Shown: positions 1 to 10,763, numbered from the whole stretch's first letter. The stretch is DNA of 46,948 nt, filler included, from Jimgerdemannia flammicorona (GCA_003990765.1; 2 parts of 2 records of this genome joined end to end with filler, not necessarily neighbours in it); one strand, 5' to 3'. The notes: generated from the sequence alone by a model not told the origin. Made by a program: numbers and translations.

Positions 1-30
1 TTTTTTTAGTTAATTAAGTATTCTATATAT

Positions 31-522
31 TATAATGTGCTCAGCTCAATGGAGGTAAATTACAAGGTTGAGAGTTGATATAGTTTAGCTTAAGCCTACA
101 GTTACTTTATCAAAAGTAACAAATATTCTAAGATTCTTAAGTTCCTTGATATTTAGTAGTATAATAGTCAATCTAGATACAGTAGTTGATTTGTATATCA
201 ATTTCCTTATTGGAATAATTCTCTAGGTGTAGCAGTAATTTTGTATAATAGACAATTTGATATAGTATAATAGGATTCCTTATGCAGAATGATCTGTCAA
301 TTTAGTAGTTTTCTTTTTGAGTAGCAGCAATCTTCAAAAAATATGTAATTTCTGGTGTGAAAATCTTAGTAGACTTCTTTATGCAGACTTCTTAATTTGG
401 TACAGATTCTCCTGAATCAGCAGCTTCTGGGAAATAACTCAGATAGTGTAGATTCTCCTGAATCAAACTTACTAGAAATAGAGAATAATATAGATTCTTC
501 TGAATTGGATTCACTGGGAATA
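31..522 (-). repeat. 3' part of a family-B gypsy LTR (inverted, degenerate)
   Basis: The reverse complement of 31-160 matches the LTR 3' ends at ~35980-36117 and ~38670-38807 (aagtaac, gctcaagc, tccattgag, attaca read here as attata). It continues into the 'gaatctg/ttcaggagaatc' repeat region. The inner boundary is approximate. Confidence 0.85.
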
Positions 523-1256
523 GATGAATACATATCTATAAGACTAAAGAAGTCTAATATATTCAACAAATATAATAACATTCCCTATTGACAAGCAGTA
601 AATTTCCTTATGTATCTTATATTCAAAATGAGGCCTAATATATTATATATAGTTAACAAAGTGATATAATACTCATCATACTATAATAATTTATATTGAA
701 TAACAATTAAGTATATATTCAGATATATAAAAGGTACAAAGAACTATATACTCAGTTTGAGTAATAAAGGAGTAAGTGGGAGTACTATAAACCTTTTAAG
801 TATATATGATGCTAATTGGACAGATGATTTGGATAATAGAAGGTCTATGATAGAATACTTCTTCCATCTTAATGATAGTGGAGCCATTTTATAGCAAACT
901 CATAAGTAATCTTTAGTGATAATATTATCTATATAAGCAGAATATCAAGTATTATCTATAGTAATGAAAGAAGCTATTTAGCTTTACAAATTGCTAAAAG
1001 ATTTGGAATTCTCTCAGAAATCTACAACTATATGACAGGATAATCAATCCACCATCACTTTAATAAAGAATCCTATATATTATATAAGAATTAAATATAT
1101 TGATATATAGTACTATTATATATAAGAATTTGTTGAAAACGAGACTATATATCTGGAATACACTACTATGGAATAAATGATAGTAGATTTACTCATAAAA
1201 GCTCTTCTAAGAATAAGTTCAAATTCTGCATATATTAAATAGATATTATAGTGAAT
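523..1256 (+). pseudogene. Ty1/copia RT C-terminus + RNase H remnant, heavily mutated
   Basis: Translates as PY*QAVNFLMYL..MRPNI, DANWTDDLDNRRSM and DNQSTITLIKNPIYYIRIKYIDI*YYYI*E, which are eroded copia motifs (DADWAGD..DRRS, DNQSAI.L..NP..H.RTKHID). It is collinear with 17780-18560. Confidence 0.9.
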
Positions 1257-1272
1257 AGGTAAAATGAGCATT

Positions 1273-2342
1273 GGGGGGGTGGGGTGGGTCCTATTGATGC
1301 AGAAGATCTGGGAGGCAAGGTATATCCCTTGGGGGTCTACAGGGGATCTAAGAGCAGTAGTTGGAGGAGGAGGAAGCAGGAAGCTCCACTATCATAGATT
1401 CTGATAGAAGGAGTATACAGAATTGGACTTAGATAGGAAGAAAATATAGAGAGAGTGCTATAGAGAAAGGAGATGTGAGAGTGGTGCAAGCTGTTATTAG
1501 AAGAAGTATCAGTGCTGGATTTCGATCTTGGGGATGGAGTAGAGAATCAGAGAGAAGCTGGGCAGAACTTATAGCCAGAAGAGTAGTAGCAAGTAGGTAT
1601 TGGAGAAGAGTGGAACTGAGCAGAGCTATGGATGTAGAGAGCAGAGGTCAAGAAGTGGATCCTCCCCAAGTTCTGGATAGCTTAGAGAGAGTTATGAGGC
1701 AGAATGTTATGCTGAACTACAGATCTGGACACTTGGTGGCAAGGGAAATCTTTAAATATGAGGAGTGTCTTGATGTGGGACAGGAGAGAGAGATGGTATA
1801 GACACTAGAACATTGGTTGGGAGAGTGCAAGGTACTACAGGGCTTCTGAGATGGAGTAGCCCAGAGGCTGGGGGAGATATATAGAATTCAGGGGGAGAAT
1901 TGTTGAGATCAGTTAAAATAGAGAATAGTGGGAGGAATTGGTGATGAGTGGTTTATTCTGAGGTAGGTTCTAGCAATATAGATAGGATTGATGGAGTATT
2001 AGTACACAGTATTTGAGGAGGAAAGTAAGATGATAGAGAGTGAGAAGCTAGTGAGATGAGAATGGCTCTTGGTGAATATTCTGATAAGATAGCAGAAAGG
2101 ATAGAGAAGTAGGGGTGGGCAGAGATGGAAATTTGTAGAACATATATGTAATAAGTAGGAGGAGAGTAGAGGTCATGAAATCAGAGGTAGTGTTCAATAG
2201 GGAAGGAGTGAGTAAATTAGCTAGTATTGGAGTAGAATAGGGATGAGGATAAGGAGAAGACTGCTGGCATATTATAAGGACTTAGTATTTGTATAGACAG
2301 TGAATAAATAAGAGCTAAGGTCTATAGAGAAAAAAAAAAAAA
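1273..2342 (+). mobile_element. 5'-truncated LINE (L1/Tx1-like) with poly(A) tail and 16-bp TSD
   Basis: Matches the reverse complement of 23532-24490 (NVMLNYRSGHLV...EECLD...EHWLGEC, the ORF2 C-terminal zinc region). A-run at 2330-2342. Flanked by aggtaaaatgagcatt (1257-1272) and agataaaatgagcatt (2342-2357). Confidence 0.92.
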
Positions 2343-2608
2343 GATAAAATGAGCATTATAATAAATAGATAGAATGGATACTATAATATATGGCATTATA
2401 GTAGAGATTTAATTGATAGATATTATAGTGAAAATCTATAACATTGCTCAGGATTTCCATTTTTCACTACTTCTTTGATATATTTTTATGCTTATAAGTA
2501 GAGAATTTGGACCTTTTTAGATTATCTAGATAGCATCCTATTAATAATATTTTGTTTGGCTCAATCAGCTTTATTTGCATTTTATTTATATATCTCATTA
2601 AGTAGGAG

Positions 2609-2758
2609 TATTGAGATTCTATTTCTATATACAACTTAACATAAATTGTAATATAGTGTGATATTATCAATTAGATGTGTAAAGGTGTATAACTTGGATG
2701 ATCAATAAATATTTTTCTTTTCCTCTCACCTTTTTTTATATTTCCCAAGTATATAATA
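2609..2758 (+). repeat. copia 3' LTR (degenerate) preceded by a PPT
   Basis: atatctcattaagtaggag|tattgagat matches atatctccttgagtgggag|tgttgagat at 18821-18849. AATAAA at 2704. The end taata is a deaminated caaca. Confidence 0.6.
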
Positions 2759-2782
2759 ATTATATATTACTTTTTTATCTAA

Positions 2783-3240
2783 TGTGACAGTATAGCCAAA
2801 TTTGGAAGAAGGAAATAGGGAATAGACACTTGATTGCACCCAGTTCCAAAGTAGTATAGCTTTATAGTTAGCAGTCGCCGATTTCAACATTGTCTAAATT
2901 CTTAGACATTATCCAAATTGAACACCCCGATTTAGTATAGCATTTAGATATTGTCCAAATGTTTCGACAAAGTCCAAATGACTCATTTATTACTTAGCCA
3001 CCCTCTCATAGCTAGCAAACTTGTATAAATAACCCAGTATCTTCAAGTGAATAAACCTCAGATCGAAATAGTTCAAAGCAAAGAGATAGCAAAGGAACTA
3101 GTAAGCCTGTAGGCAGATACACTTCAAACTCACCCACCCTCCCCTGCAACTTCAAGAGACTCCATGAGAGTCAGAACAGTCAAGTTTTCAAGATACAGAA
3201 ATCTGACATACTTTTAAGAGTAAGTGTCCGCTACATTACA
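2783..3240 (+). repeat. 5' LTR, family A
   Basis: TGTGAC...TTACA. Direct repeat of 9022-9479. TATAAATA near 3024 and AATAAA at 3050. Confidence 0.97.
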
Positions 3241-3243
3241 ACT

Positions 3244-3260
3244 TGGTGCCCATTGGCTGG
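3244..3260 (+). promoter_or_regulatory. putative primer-binding site
   Basis: TGGTGCCCATTGGC starts 3 nt after the LTR end and is identical in copy A' (22975). The cognate tRNA is not determined; it may be a deaminated TGGCGCCCA. Confidence 0.7.
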
Positions 3261-3354
3261 TAATTCAAGACGAATCCCTCACTTTCAAGCTGAACAATGA
3301 ACAACCGACACTACCCGAACAACCATATAAACCGAGCCCCAATACCCAGACAAG

Positions 3355-6300
3355 ATGGATATGAGACCACCAGTATTCCACGGATATATCTCAGATGAAT
3401 CAATCATCACCTTCATTGATGATTTCGAGCAGTATGCCGCTGTAAGGACCCTGACAGCAGCACAGCAAGTAGCCCTCATGCCCTTCAGCCTATGAGGTCC
3501 TGCCAGAGTAGCATTCACAGCCGCAACCCATGCAGGAAATGATGCTGATGCTATACTGACAGCACAGAAGATCTGGCTCCGAAATACATATTACACAGAC
3601 AAGATCAAGCAAGCCCTGAAGGATCAGCTCAATACAACATGCCAAGGAATGAGTGAGGATCCAAACACATTCTATACTAGAATTCGATATTAGATAATCC
3701 TTGCAGATTATGCTGCTGCTATCCGAGATCAAGTAGCTGAAGCAACCTTCATGAAAGGAGTCCATCCAGAAATAGCTATGGCTATCTGCTCATCACTAGT
3801 GATTCTGGATCTGCCACAGAAGGTCACCTATGCTCAGTGATACTGGATAGCCAGACACCCACAAGACCATACAATGGAGAGAGTTACAGGAGTCAGAATC
3901 GAGGCACCCAAGGCAACCAGTGTAATCTCCACCACAATGATCAATCGAAACACACCTCAGCCAAAAGCTACAGAGCAGCAAAAGAACAGTGATCCTATGG
4001 AGGAACTTGCCAAAAGGTTTGCCGAAATGACTGCCCACCTGGGAGATGTGGTAAAGGAAATCCAAGGAAGAGATTGCCGCCCTGTTCAGAAGTTTACTGC
4101 CACCTCAGACAAGAAGAAAGGTACCTGCTACAGCTGTGGAGAAGAAGGCCACTACTCCTATGAATGCATGAGTGAAACCAAACGCAAGGCTCAACCAAGC
4201 AATACCACATGAAACAAGGAGCAGGCCAATACAATCACCTTTGAAGAAATCAGAGAATCCGATGAAGAGGAATGGGAGGCCTATCCTGCTCAGACTACCA
4301 AGAAGGATGCTTGCAAAGAACCTTACAAGAGACCGCCAGGAAGACCCAAGAAGAACCCAGTGGAAAAGCAGATGGAAACTGCCACAGAAAGCCAAGCCGA
4401 AGAGATGGACCAAGATATCGAGCTAGAGCAAGCAGTTCAAGATATCATCCAAGGAACCACTCCAGCCAGTGAAGGAGAAAAAGAAAAGAAGCTTCACAAA
4501 ACCAAGACCTTTAAGTATGACATCTTCAAGGATCTCAGCCAACAAAAAGTCAATGTAACCTTCGGCCAGCTGGCAGAAATACCTACATTCAGACAGCAAA
4601 TGAGATTTGGACTTGCAGAAACCACCAAGGAGCAAGGCTGGAAGATAACCAAGGTCAAAAATGTTCAAGAAGACTCAGGAGAAGAGAGTGAAGACAACCG
4701 CAAAACTTCTGCCTATGCAACCTACCAAATCAAAGATAGAATCTTTGAAGCCATTATTGATATGGGAGCAGGAGGATGTCTCCTCAGTAAGAAGGCAGCA
4801 GACCGCCTAGTTTGGGATGTGGAAGAAGCAACTAAGCTAGTATTCGTCACAGCTGATGGCACAAGAGCCACACCTCTGAGAAAGATCTGAGATGTTCCCA
4901 TCAAGATTGGAGGAGCAACAATCCCAGTAGATATAATCGTAACCAATGCCACCAACTATGACATCCTCATCGGCAATCAATGGCTTCACAAAGCCAAGGC
5001 GGTAATCGATCTCAATGCTCAGAAGATGCAGATCACCTACCAGGGACAGAAGATACGAATTCCCATCAATGTCAACAAAGGAGTCCTGCCCAATATGGAG
5101 GAAGAAGAGAGTGAGCAAGAGGAAGCTTATATGGTGACCACTCCAAAGAAGAAGAAAGTTGGATGGATGAGTGAAGAAGAATGGTACAAGAAGATCGCAG
5201 AAGGCTATGCCCCACAAGGAGTCTGTCCTCATGGAATCAAGATGTACTGTATGGAGCATGTCAACGATTGCTATCAGTGCACCATCGGAACCAAGAAGAT
5301 CTACCAAGAAAGAAGGCAGAAAGCTCTCGAAAAACAAATCAGAGAAGAAGAGAAGGAGGAAGATGATGAACTACCAGCCCTCCTGGAGGACAGTGATGAT
5401 GAAGAAGAAATCAAGATCAAGATTCGAAAGATCCACCCTGATGCAGTCTTGCCAGAATACAAGTCAGAAAGCACAGCCGGAATGGACATCGCTACAGTAG
5501 AAGAAACTGTACTAGAACCCCAGACAACCACCCTACTCACAACTGGACTGGAGATGACTATCCCAAAGGATCATGTCGGGATTCTCAAGACAAGAAGTAG
5601 CCTGGTTAGAAGTGAAATCACAATCGAAGAAGGAGTCATTGATTCAGACTATACTGGAGAAATTCTACTCATTGCTAGGAACCACAATTCTACAATTCCA
5701 TTCTCAATTAAGAAGAAGGACCGATTGGCACAGATGTTGATCTTCCCAATCATACAGCCAAGGATCATAGAAGTCAAGAATCTGGAGGAAACGAAAAGAG
5801 GAAAGAAAGGATTCAGATCCACAGGAAGAGAAGTATTTGCCAGCACCAAGATCACTGAACTTGAGCATAAGAAGGAGGAAAACACGAGCAAGCACAGTTA
5901 CATGATTGGAGACAAATTCCCACTCAAAGAGGAACTCAAGAAAATACTCCACAAATTCAAGAATGTCCTTGCCATGGATTTCAAGGATATCAAGAGAAAG
6001 ACCCCACACTACTATCATGAGGTAGATACCGGAGACACTGAACCAATTTATCAGAAGGCAAGACCTGTCCCACCAGCCTACCGAGAATGGCTCAGAGAAG
6101 AAATCAAGCAGATGGAAGAAGCCGGCATCATCAAAGAAGCCAGCAGCCCATGGTCTTCACCAGTTGTACTAGCCCCGAAAAAAGGAAGCAAACCTGGAGA
6201 ATTTGCCCCAAGGCTCTGCGTTGACTACAGAAAACTCAATGCAGTTACCAAGAAGGATCGCCAACCACTGCCACTCATTAGTGACATCCTTATAACACTG

Positions 6301-7329
6301 GGAGATGAAGCACAGTACTACAGCACTTTGGGCTTATACTCAGGATTCCACCAAATCGGACTCACAGATATGGTAAGTGAAAAGTCAGCCTTCATCACCC
6401 CAGACAGAACCTACATCTACCTACGAATGCCATTCAGAATGTGCAATACACCAGCAAGCTTTCAGCGAATGATGAACAAAATCTTCTGCTATGATATGGG
6501 AAGATGGATGATAGTCTATGTCGATGATATAATCATCTACAGCAAGACACCTGAGGAACATCTGCAGCATATACAGCAAATAATGGAGAGACTAAGACAA
6601 TATGACCTTTATATCAAACCCAAGAAGTATAAGTTTGTGGAAATCGAGATCTTCTATCTTGGCCATATTATCAATCGAGACGGAACACACACGGACCCCC
6701 TCAAGATACAAGCAGTAGCAGCATACCCAAGGCCCACCACCATCACAGAAGCTCAAGCCTTCATGGGACTCACCTCCTATTATCGCAGATTTATTAGAGG
6801 ATTCTCCAACATCACAGGTCCAATCTACAAACTCAACAAGAAGGATACCAAGTTCCAGTGGACTGGCAGACAACAAAAAGCATTTGATGAACTCAAGGTC
6901 AGACTGACCCAGGCACCTATCCTCAGACGACCCAATTGGACCCAAGAATTTATCCTTCAGACAGATGCAAGCGCACAAGGACTAGGAGTAGTCCTAGCTC
7001 AAAAAGAAGACAAAAAGGAGTATGTCATTGTATATCTTAGCTGTGGAACCCGAGAAGCTGAAAAAGAATATGAATCCTATAAGTTGGAATGCCTCACAGT
7101 CATCTGGGCCATAGAAAAGTTCCACTACTATCTGGCTGGAAGACACTTCACCATCCAGATGGACCACTCAGCTCTCACCTGGCTACTGACAACTGGACAA
7201 CCCAAAGGAATCTACACCAGATGGATAATGAAGTTACAAGCCTATGATGTAACCATTGTACACCACCCTGGAAGAACAAACTCCAATACAGATGCTCTCT
7301 CACAGACATCTTGAACTACCTCCAACTAA
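3355..7329 (+). pseudogene. Gag-protease-dUTPase-RT-RNase H polyprotein, single frame with premature stops
   Basis: ORF pieces at 3874, 4360 and 5026 share the frame of ATG 3355 (MDMRPPVFHG). Motifs: knuckle CYSCGEEGHYSYEC; protease IIDMGA (D-T-G with ACG>ATG); RT RLCVDYRKLN and VYVDD; RH QTDAS, LECL and DHSAL. Most stops are TGA at inferred Arg (CGA) positions. Confidence 0.95.
5410..5826 (+). CDS. dut: trimeric dUTPase domain between protease and RT
   Basis: All five dUTPase motifs are present: AGMDI, RSSL, GVIDSDYTGEI, DRLAQ and RGKKGF(R)STG. Confidence 0.95.
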
Positions 7330-7339
7330 CAAATCAATC

Positions 7340-8533
7340 ATGAATAAGGAGCTCTACTATGGAATTATCACATACCTGGGATAGCAAAAGATGCCCCAAC
7401 ATCTGGAAGAATGGACATAAACAATTATCAACAGGACATGGAAACAATTTGAAACCAACAGAGAAACACTGAAGAAAGGAAAACTACTGATCATACCAGA
7501 ACACAAGAAGGAGCAAGCGATGAAATCAGTACATGAACTTAGCCATCTAGGAGGAATGAATACATATGATAAGGCAAGAAGAACAATATGGTGGCCAGGG
7601 ATGGAGGAAGATATCAGACAATTCGTCAAGACCTGCGACAAATGCCAGAAACAGAAACAAGACCAATGAAATCAAGCCCCAGGATCAGCACACATAGAAC
7701 CAGTACCATTTGCCCATATAGCAATGGATGTAATCGGCCCTCTACCCTTGACCCTGACTGGTAACCAATACATCATTGTCATTGTAGACCTTTTTACGAA
7801 GTGGATAGAAGCAGGACCCCTCAAGGAAGCCAATGCACAGTCAATCACTGATTTCTTCTACAAGGAAATCATCTGCTGGTTCAAGATCCCAACACAAGTA
7901 ACTACAGATAGAGGAACAGAATTTGTGAACCAGCTCTTTGAGATTCTCTATAAGAAGTACAAGATCCAGCACATTCGGACCACAGCCTATCACCCTCAAG
8001 GAAACAGACAAGTAGAAAGGACCAACAAAACTCTCAAGAATGTTATTGCCAAGATCTGCAATAACTACGAGAACTGGAATCACTATCTGCCAATAGCATT
8101 ATCTGCTCTCCGGGATATCTAATCACAAAGCACCCACTTTACCTCTCGAGAAATGCTGTTCGGAGAAGAATGTTCTCAAGGAACCTTATCATCTAATGGA
8201 GATGCTGTATGGAAACATGTGGACATGGAAATATGGAGACTACACCAAATCAGGAAGAAGGCTGAGGATTACATAACCAAGGTGCAGGCACTACAACAGA
8301 GGAATGTGGAAAAGACCCACAAGCCCTTGGAGATTATCAAGATAGGAGATAAGGTCCTAGTGTATTGGAATATGGTAGAAGCTTCATGGTCATGAAAACT
8401 GGAGTCCAAGTGGGAAGGACCTTACCTTGTGCAAGATATAAAAGGGACCACCTTTTGGCTACGAAAACTCTCAGGCACAATAATCCCCACCACCATTTAC
8501 TGAAACCGACTCAAGAAATATTATGGCCAGTAA
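7340..8533 (+). pseudogene. integrase ORF (HHCC, DDE, GPY module), no chromodomain
   Basis: Starts at ATG 7340 (MNKELY). Motifs: HELSH...CDKC, MDVIGP, TDRGTEF, YHPQGN.QVER, KWEGPY, ending RLKKYYGQ*. The frame differs from RT/RH. Several internal stops. Confidence 0.93.
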
Positions 8534-8984
8534 CAAAAGTACTGCGATGGCACTCAAGATCACTAGTGCTGCCCAAAGAGCCATCGAAAGACAATGGCAC
8601 ACCACCGAGCCTCTGACCATAGAGCCATTCTATGAGGATATTCAGAGTATTGTACAGACTCATCTCTCTCAGATCTCGTACTTTAGAGCCTATCAATATC
8701 ATGCAGAATTTCAAGAGTACTTCAAGCTTAGACAGGTGCTCAATCAGGATCCAGCAAAGACCAAGGAGGACTGGATTGCCGAGTGTCAACTCTCCCACTC
8801 ACAGATCACTATCGCCAAAAGGATCCACAAGTTATTCTGAGAAGATGAACCAGTGATAGACCACCTGAGAGGAGTAACCCCCACCGACTTCAAGAAAGTG
8901 AGAAGACATCATTGGGAAACAGTCATGCAGCAAATTGTACAGTATAAGACCATACAGATGGTTGAAGCCTGGGAGTTTGAATAG
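8523..8984 (+). pseudogene. ORF3, unknown ~153-aa accessory protein (one internal TGA at 8838)
   Basis: ATG overlaps the integrase end. The frame continues past TGA 8838 (EDEPVIDHLRGVTPTDFKKVRRHHWETVMQQI...WEFE*) to just before the PPT. Homologous to family-B ORF3. Confidence 0.8.
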
Positions 8985-9021
8985 ATGCCTCAGGGACGAG
9001 ACCATCCATTCCGGAGGAAGT

Positions 9022-9479
9022 TGTGACAGTACAGCCAAATTTGGAAGAAGGAAATAGGGAATAGACACTTGATTGCACCCAGTCCCAAAGTAGTATAGCT
9101 TTATAGTTAGCAGTCACCAATTTCAACATTGTCTAAATTCTTAGACATTATCCAAATCGAACACCCCGATTTAGTATAGCATTTAGACATTGTCCAAATG
9201 TTATGACAAAGTCCAAATGACTCATTTATTACTTAGCCACCCTCTCATAGCTAGCAAACTTATATAAATAACCCAGTATCTTCAAGTGAATAAACCTTAG
9301 ATCGAAATAGTTCAAAGCAAAGAGATAGCAAAGGAACTAGTAAGCCTGCGGGCAGATATACTTTGAACTCACCCACCCTCCCCTGTAACTTCAAGAGACT
9401 CCACCAGAGTCAGAACAGTCAAGTTTTCAAGATACAGAAATCCAATGTACTTTCAAGAGTAAGCATCCACTACGTTATA
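9022..9479 (+). repeat. 3' LTR, family A (purine tract ggaggaag at 9013-9020)
   Basis: Direct repeat of 2783-3240 with about 28 substitutions and no indels. Terminal CA is mutated to TA. Confidence 0.97.
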
Positions 9480-9702
9480 CTAGTTTGCATTTTTTTTTTT
9501 TTTGGAGCATATATTATATTCTTTTTTTTGTTTTGGTGAACATATCTTCTCAAGCAAAAGTATTGAGATTATAAATTATTATATATCTATGTAACTTTAT
9601 ATCAATTTATTTTATATTATTTGTATATTATTTATTATTCACAGTGCCTAAAAGCATATAATTTATGTTGTGAATAAATCACTTCTTCTGTTCATCACAA
9701 CA
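9480..9702 (+). repeat. copia 3' UTR remainder + LTR (LTR ~9561-9702), the target of the family-A insertion
   Basis: ctagtttgcattt...catatcttctcaagcaaaag|tattgagat parallels 18789-18849. AATAAA at 9673, ending caaca at 9702. Confidence 0.6.
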
Positions 9703-10763
9703 AATTACAAATATATACTACTTGCTCTATTATGACTTCATAGGCTCAGATATCTCCTATATAATTATTACTCAAGAAAGTCCAATATTAGACTACAAAA
9801 TAGTTCATTGATTACCTTCATGAGTGAAGCAGGAACCTCAGTGATATTTTAAAAAAGAAAATCACTAGCTGCTCATTTCTTAGGCTGATATATAGTTTGT
9901 CTTAGGAGTAATATGAGAGGGATAACATCATAGACATTTATTATCCACAATGTCATTTTATTGAATAGTATATATATTTTGAGAAAATCAATCTTGGACC
10001 ATTTTATTTCTTAAATACTCACTATTGCTCTTTTATTTCCAACTTATACCTCACTTGCAGCACTTGTCAAAGGTATGCATTTGAATATTACATATACCTT
10101 CTATTTTTTTTTTTTTTTTTTTTTTTTTTCAAACCTTTTAAATATCCTGTATAATTATTTTTTCACTTCTCAGCATCATGTAAGGTAAATGGGCCTGAGG
10201 TACAGAACTATATTTTATTCTTTCTGTTAGTTAGGATTTGTGCAATTATAGTTTTAATATGCTAATTATTACTTTATAGATATCTATTACTGCTGACAAT
10301 AATAAGTTGCTGGAAAGCAGTGGTAATGAAACAGAGGTAAAGTAAATATATCTTCCTCCTTGGTATCCAACATGATATGGATTTTGCAAACATCATCCAA
10401 TCAGGTCATTAATATCTCTAACACATTGTCTTTACTTTGAATAACCCCCTGCTATATATCTCATCACTCTGTTGTAATTTAATAGATGAGACCGGTGAAA
10501 GGAAAATAAGGTGCATTTAAATATTTCATATACCTCTTTCTACTTTCTACTTATTATTTTGACCATTCAAACCTTCATTTTTTTCCATGCTGCCATTTCA
10601 TTTTCTTAACCTCTCACTCTTACTCTATCTTTTCTGCTTTGTACCTTGCTCACCCACCCAACATCCTTTTGTTTTATTATTTTTATTCTGAGCAAAAACT
10701 CTATCCTCTTTGCTAATAGTTGACCACTGTTTCTCTTTCTTCTAATCACTATGCAGTGCAATA

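Larger units (their letters stand above)
2783..9479 (+). mobile_element. Full-length Ty3/gypsy LTR retrotransposon, family A (dUTPase-bearing), inactivated
   Basis: Two 458-bp LTRs, a PBS, a PPT and domain order gag-PR-dUT-RT-RH-IN. 4-bp TSD ctaa (2779-2782) / ctag (9480-9483). Confidence 0.97.

Noticed and set aside
8523..8984. ORF3 as an envelope gene or chromodomain
   Set aside because: It is too short for Env, with no signal peptide, furin site or transmembrane segment, and it lacks the chromodomain Y.VKW.G pattern.
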